Source: a virus
DNA length: 64,000 nucleotides
IMG/VR virus record: IMGVR_UViG_3300020204_000005
Strand: one strand, 5' to 3'
A model generated the notes under the pieces. The model worked only from the letters and a program-made list of their open reading frames with translations, was not told the DNA's origin and made no database searches. The position numbers were made by a program, and so were the translations under genes. Shown piece after piece: positions 59,786 through 64,000 of this stretch (within the stretch, counting starts at the first letter, position 1; every line of letters starts with the position of its first letter).

Positions 59786-60955
59786 ATGAATAATGCTTAT
59801 ATAAATGAATCTGAATTTAGAGAGAAGTTAGTCCAAATTTATAAAGAGGAACAACTTAACTATATTAATGAAAAATGGGAAAAATTATCAGGTAAAGATA
59901 GAACTTTTGTTATTGAAACTTTAAAGTCTCTTTTTCCTGAAAAATCATATCTTTTGAAAGAATCAAGATGGTATAACACTGTAGGTGATATTGTCGGTAT
60001 TTTCGACCCTACAGGTATAGTGGACCTTGTAAACGGTATAAGTTATTGGAGACAAGGGGATAAATTATTCGCAATATTATCTTGGATATCGGTTTTACCT
60101 GTGTTAGGTGATTTAATAGCTAAACCAGTTGTTGGTTCTTTAAAACTTGGGGGTGATGCGGTTAAAGCATTTAGAACTGCGTCAGCAGTTGGAGACGCGG
60201 CTAAAGTTGCAGAAACTGCAAAAGCTGCGGGAGGACCAATATCAAAATTAGTATCCTCAACACCTAAATGGGGTACTACTTTATTAAGTAAACTTGGTAC
60301 AAGTGGGAAAGCGTCGGGCTCAATGATGAAAGGAGTCACAGATTACGTTAAAGTTTTTGACGACGCTGGTAAGTTAATGAAAAACAAGCAAAAAGTTAAA
60401 AGTGCGGTCGAATTTAGCAAGGACGCGATAAAACTTGGTAAAGGATTTAAAGATGCTAGTAAGATAGGAAAAGGAGTTTCAGGGGCTAAAACATTGGCAG
60501 CAGCTGAAAAGGCACAGTTAGGTGTTTTAACAAAACAAAACCCTGTTAGAATATTCAGAGATTATGGTACGGGTAAAAATAGTTGGTTATCGTTTATGAA
60601 ATCTGATGCTAGTTTATGGTCTAAATTACAAGCGGGAGTACCAAGAATTTTCGGAGGAAATCCCGCTACCAGGTCACTTATGAGAAGAACTAAGTTTTAT
60701 GCTGGTTTTTTAGATTGGTTAGGGGTTGGTAATTTTGTAGGGCCTGAAGAAATTGAAAATGCCGTGGGAGGTGCTGACGAAGCAAATAAATTATATTCAG
60801 AATACGCTCAATTACCCCAAGCCCAAAGACTTTGGGCTGATGATATGGGAGGTAATGTGGCTCCTCCACCATCAACTATCATGTCACCACCAACACAATC
60901 ATCAAGCGGAGGAGGTATTGACCCCGTGTCTATATTAACAAAATTATTTATTTAA
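59786..60955 (+). CDS. Putative packaged protein with pre-toxin-TG-like hydrophobic hairpin
   Basis: TATTTAT at 59762; YINES/YINEK/LLKES; DIVGIFDPTGIVDLVNGISY..GDKLFAILSWISVLPVLGD. Confidence 0.55.
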   Translation: MNNAYINESEFREKLVQIYKEEQLNYINEKWEKLSGKDRTFVIETLKSLFPEKSYLLKESRWYNTVGDIVGIFDPTGIVDLVNGISYWRQGDKLFAILSWISVLPVLGDLIAKPVVGSLKLGGDAVKAFRTASAVGDAAKVAETAKAAGGPISKLVSSTPKWGTTLLSKLGTSGKASGSMMKGVTDYVKVFDDAGKLMKNKQKVKSAVEFSKDAIKLGKGFKDASKIGKGVSGAKTLAAAEKAQLGVLTKQNPVRIFRDYGTGKNSWLSFMKSDASLWSKLQAGVPRIFGGNPATRSLMRRTKFYAGFLDWLGVGNFVGPEEIENAVGGADEANKLYSEYAQLPQAQRLWADDMGGNVAPPPSTIMSPPTQSSSGGGIDPVSILTKLFI

Positions 60956-60962
60956 CTATATA

Positions 60963-62369
60963 GTGAAAAGACTTATCAAAGAGAGTGGTTTAAGGGACAT
61001 TAGAAAATTAGCTAGAAGATACCCTAAAGCCGAAATATACTTTCACCAAGATTTAGATGGAGTTGCCACGGCAATCGCTATGAAACATTACTTAGAAAGT
61101 AATGGTATTAATGTTATTGATACTCACGTAATCCAATATGGGGATAAAGAATTTGCCGTAAAAAAAAATGATGCGACTGGTGATGTGATGCCTGTTTTAG
61201 TGGATTTCGCCCATGGTAAACCAATGTTTGTTATACATACAGACCACCATGATAGACAAGCAGGTGCTGAAGACACCAAGTCAACATCTTTTAGACAATC
61301 AAGGTCAAATGTTGAAACCATTTCACAAGTAGTTTCACCAAAAGAAATCTTCTCAAGTGACGACTTATTGTTAATATCTACTGTGGATTCGGCAAATTAT
61401 GCGGCTAATAAAATAAGTGTTGACGAGGTTATCAATTATCTTTTCAGATTAGATAAAGAAAAAGGATTACAAAAAAATAAAATGGCTTTAGGGTTAGTTG
61501 CAAATAAATTATTATTGGCGTTTAAAAACAAACCAGGTTTCCTTGAAGAACTTGTAATGACCACAACACCATCAATCATGAACCTACTTCAAAACATAAA
61601 AAGAATTATGGTTGAAAAGGGTTACGTAGGGCAAGAACAGTTACAAAAAAACAAAGAAGGATATATCCAACAGATGAAATCACACCCTAATGTTAAAGTT
61701 ATGGGTAATGTTATCGTACAATACGGTGGTGGTAGTACAATGGTACCAGGTTCTTATGATAGGTACACACCATTTAAAAATAATCCTGAAGCTGATTTTT
61801 TAGTTATCGCTTGGCCTTTAGGTTTAGTACAAGCGTCTTGCAACCCATTTAAGGAAGATAGAGAATTGAAAGGTGTTAATTTAGGTGAGATGGGTCAAGA
61901 AGTTTTATCTAAATGGGAGTCACAACTTAAAAGAAGAGATATACCATTATCAACTATAAAATGGGTTTCTGAATTTTCTAAAGAATTTGGTGGACATTCC
62001 GTTGGTTTTACTTTTAAAGATTTTGTTGCTATCTACGGAAATGATTTTAAAACCATGGAAAATGGTAAACAAAAATTAAAGGATATTGGAGAAATGATGA
62101 ACCAACCATTTACATCTTTAAGTGAAGAAGAAAAAGAGATGTTGGATAATATTACTGTAACCGCTTGGGATGTTATTCAGGCCAATAGTGGAGGACACAA
62201 GTGTATTACGAATATTTCAGGTTTAAATTATATGGGTAGAAGTAAAAGACCACCTGCCAACAAATACAAATATAACCCTGATTCTGACGACGCTCCATAT
62301 GTAAAATTTACCAAAATGGTTCAGAGTGAATTTGTTAGAGTTTTGGAGGATAAAATTAAAAATGGATAG
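60963..62369 (+). CDS. DHH-family phosphoesterase
   Basis: HQDLDG, VDFAH, TDHH and C-terminal GGH; GTG start MKRLIKES. Confidence 0.75.
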   Translation: MKRLIKESGLRDIRKLARRYPKAEIYFHQDLDGVATAIAMKHYLESNGINVIDTHVIQYGDKEFAVKKNDATGDVMPVLVDFAHGKPMFVIHTDHHDRQAGAEDTKSTSFRQSRSNVETISQVVSPKEIFSSDDLLLISTVDSANYAANKISVDEVINYLFRLDKEKGLQKNKMALGLVANKLLLAFKNKPGFLEELVMTTTPSIMNLLQNIKRIMVEKGYVGQEQLQKNKEGYIQQMKSHPNVKVMGNVIVQYGGGSTMVPGSYDRYTPFKNNPEADFLVIAWPLGLVQASCNPFKEDRELKGVNLGEMGQEVLSKWESQLKRRDIPLSTIKWVSEFSKEFGGHSVGFTFKDFVAIYGNDFKTMENGKQKLKDIGEMMNQPFTSLSEEEKEMLDNITVTAWDVIQANSGGHKCITNISGLNYMGRSKRPPANKYKYNPDSDDAPYVKFTKMVQSEFVRVLEDKIKNG

Positions 62370-62697
62370 TATCACCAATATTGATATATAGACTTTTACA
62401 AGTACCTCCCTTAACCTCCAATATCGTATCACCCTCACCACAAAAATTATCACATTCTTCAGTTTTACATGGAGGACAATTATGATGTATTTCGGTTATT
62501 TTATTACCATTAATAAAAATGATATCTAAAGGTATAATACAGTTCTTCATCCAAAAACAATGTTGACCTTCATTCATTAAGAACAACATACCATTAAATG
62601 TTGAATTAAATTTACGACCCATCATCCCTTTTTGAGTGTCTTTTTGTGAAAAGACTGTTTTGATTTTAAATGTATTATTTTTTATCTTTAATCTCAT
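62356..62697 (-). CDS. DUF192 family protein
   Basis: KGMM.R..GMLF, FWMKN..IPLDIIF and LEV.GG. Confidence 0.85.
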   Translation of the reverse strand: MRLKIKNNTFKIKTVFSQKDTQKGMMGRKFNSTFNGMLFLMNEGQHCFWMKNCIIPLDIIFINGNKITEIHHNCPPCKTEECDNFCGEGDTILEVKGGTCKSLYINIGDTIHF

Positions 62698-62722
62698 AAT
62701 TATAAATATACCAACTATTGTA

Positions 62723-63139
62723 ATGAATCAACCTAAGAGATATGCAGGGATAATTGTTAAATGCGGGGACGAAGTTCTCATGTGTCAACGTAATTATGAA
62801 GGTGATATGTCAGGACAATGGTCTATACCTTGTGGGAATGTTGAAGATAGTGAAAATGCAATGGTCGGTGCTAAAAGAGAGTTTTTTGAAGAGACAGGTC
62901 ATAAACTTAAAGACAAAATCAAACTTGTTGGGTTTATGAATGGTAAGACTAAAGGTAAAAATGATTCTGAAGGGTTATTTTACGTTTTTCTTTATAATTC
63001 TGACAAAAAATTAATACCTGATTTAGAAAATGCTCAAGATGGGGACGAACACATCGATTACGGGTATTTCAAGTTAGATAAACTCCCAATCAAATCAAAT
63101 ACCCAGTTACATGGTATTATTGAAAAAATTTTAAAATAA
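62723..63139 (+). CDS. NUDIX hydrolase
   Basis: Nudix box CGNVEDSENAMVGAKREFFEETG; ATG 62723 preferred. Confidence 0.85.
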   Translation: MNQPKRYAGIIVKCGDEVLMCQRNYEGDMSGQWSIPCGNVEDSENAMVGAKREFFEETGHKLKDKIKLVGFMNGKTKGKNDSEGLFYVFLYNSDKKLIPDLENAQDGDEHIDYGYFKLDKLPIKSNTQLHGIIEKILK

Positions 63140-63177
63140 ATTATATTTTTTAATAATATTGATATATTTATATCTTA

Positions 63178-63254
63178 CATAGCCCCAACAACCCCTTTCT
63201 TTAAGTTGGTAGTAATTAACCCTAACAAATTTAGCCATTTGTTAGGGTTTTTTG
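63178..63254 (+). ncRNA. Candidate small late non-coding RNA
   Basis: TATTTAT at 63165; no ORF; CCAAC/GTTGG stem, then a 13-bp terminator; ends approximate. Confidence 0.35.
63218..63254 (+). terminator. Strong intrinsic terminator
   Basis: AACCCTAACAAAT-TTAGCC-ATTTGTTAGGGTT-TTTT. Confidence 0.8.
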
Positions 63255-63278
63255 TTTTTATTTCGTATATTTGCTCCT

Positions 63279-63710
63279 ATGGGTAAAGTTTATATTGAAA
63301 ATAGGAAAGTAAGATTTGAATATCACATATTAGAAACTTATACTGCTGGTATCGTTCTACAAGGGACCGAGATAAAGTCCATTAGAAACGGTAAGATATC
63401 CATGAACGACTCATTCTGTTATTTTAATAATGGGGAATTATTTGTTAAAAATATCCTCATATCTGAAACTAAAGATGCTTTTACTCACAATGCAAAAAGA
63501 GATAGAAAACTTTTGTTAAAAAAGAAAGAATTAAATCGATTGAGTAATAATTTGGTGAAAGGTTTTACTATTTTACCATATAAAGTTTTTATGAATGATA
63601 AAGGTTTGGTTAAAGTTGAAATAGTGTTAGGTAGAGGTAAAAAACTATACGATAAAAGAGAAACAATTAAAGAAAGAGATATATATAGAGAACTTAAAAA
63701 AGAATATTAA
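63279..63710 (+). CDS. smpB: SsrA-binding protein
   Basis: ENRK.RFEYHILE.Y.AGIVL.GTEIKSIR, RDRKLLL.KKE and GRGKKLYDKRE; TATATTTG at 63266. Confidence 0.92.
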   Translation: MGKVYIENRKVRFEYHILETYTAGIVLQGTEIKSIRNGKISMNDSFCYFNNGELFVKNILISETKDAFTHNAKRDRKLLLKKKELNRLSNNLVKGFTILPYKVFMNDKGLVKVEIVLGRGKKLYDKRETIKERDIYRELKKEY

Positions 63711-63711
63711 T

Positions 63712-64000
63712 ATGGAAAAACAAATTAGTGCCGTAGAATGGTTATTTGCTAACCTAAATATTTCAAAATCCACCCGCTATATCAATATTGAAGTATTTGA
63801 ACAAGCCAAAGCAAAAGAGAGAGTTCAAAAGGCAGAGGAATACCTAAAAGGATTCAAAGATGGTAAAGAATATCAGATAAAATTAGATGAATTAACCTTT
63901 GGTTCAAGTAAACAAATTATGAGTACAGATATTCCAATTACCAATAAAGACAAAGAAGAATTGAATAAAATATTAAACAGAATACAAATGAATTTAACCT
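63712..64000 (+). CDS. Partial hypothetical protein (AVEWL / FEQAK family of Bacteroidota phages), truncated by window end
   Basis: MEKQISAVEWL...VFEQAKAKE; open to the window end. Confidence 0.55.
   Translation, partial: MEKQISAVEWLFANLNISKSTRYINIEVFEQAKAKERVQKAEEYLKGFKDGKEYQIKLDELTFGSSKQIMSTDIPITNKDKEELNKILNRIQMNLT

Noticed and set aside
63175-63190. GGGGCT on minus strand as a tmRNA 5' end beside smpB
   Set aside because: The following sequence lacks the tRNA-like domain (no TTCGA/TTGAC arm, no acceptor partner) and runs into AT-rich DNA.
1-64000. Alternative genetic code (stop recoding)
   Set aside because: Long genes translate intact in code 11 and abut tightly; no systematic TAG/TGA interruptions.
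1-64000. tRNA genes, DGR or retron elements, introns and inteins
   Set aside because: No cloverleaf or T-arm motif in the intergenic gaps, no reverse transcriptase, and no interrupted core gene or intein motif was seen.
1-64000. Eukaryotic giant virus or bacterial chromosome origin
   Set aside because: A gp6/gp25 baseplate, gp46/47, sigma70, SmpB and an amidase with dense intron-free coding indicate a bacteriophage.

Overview
The window is 64 kb of a large, AT-rich (~30% GC by eye) T4-like or jumbo myophage genome in standard code 11, with no tRNA, rRNA or CRISPR array seen. The host is very probably Bacteroidota (Flavobacteriales-like), based on TTTG-N19-TAnnTTTG promoters, no Shine-Dalgarno sites, SprB repeats, an Hc1 histone-like protein and a short sigma70. 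Layout: (1) 1-17851, a + strand baseplate/tail operon; (2) 17978-26052, a convergent late block of Cys-rich, Pro/Thr-linker proteins with a glycosyltransferase and RuvC; (3) 26128-37860, primase, exonuclease, gp47/gp46, cysK, HNH and sigma70; (4) 37923-43806, a late lysis and head-cargo block; (5) 43856-64000, host-takeover and accessory genes (Hc1, DnaJ, two MTases, Trx/Grx, GSII, DHH, NUDIX, SmpB). The best candidate for a new system is a plant SERGT/HPAT-like (GT96/GT95) glycosyltransferase sitting among putative virion proteins with extensin/mucin-like (PT)n linkers, which suggests phage-encoded virion O-glycosylation. Other strong signals are a dispersed set of late genes (TATTTAT motif) sharing a capsid-targeting-like N-terminus, an apparent total absence of GATC, and a candidate ~75-nt late sRNA displaying a 16S anti-SD-like loop. 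All family assignments come from motif recognition by eye; no database searches were run.
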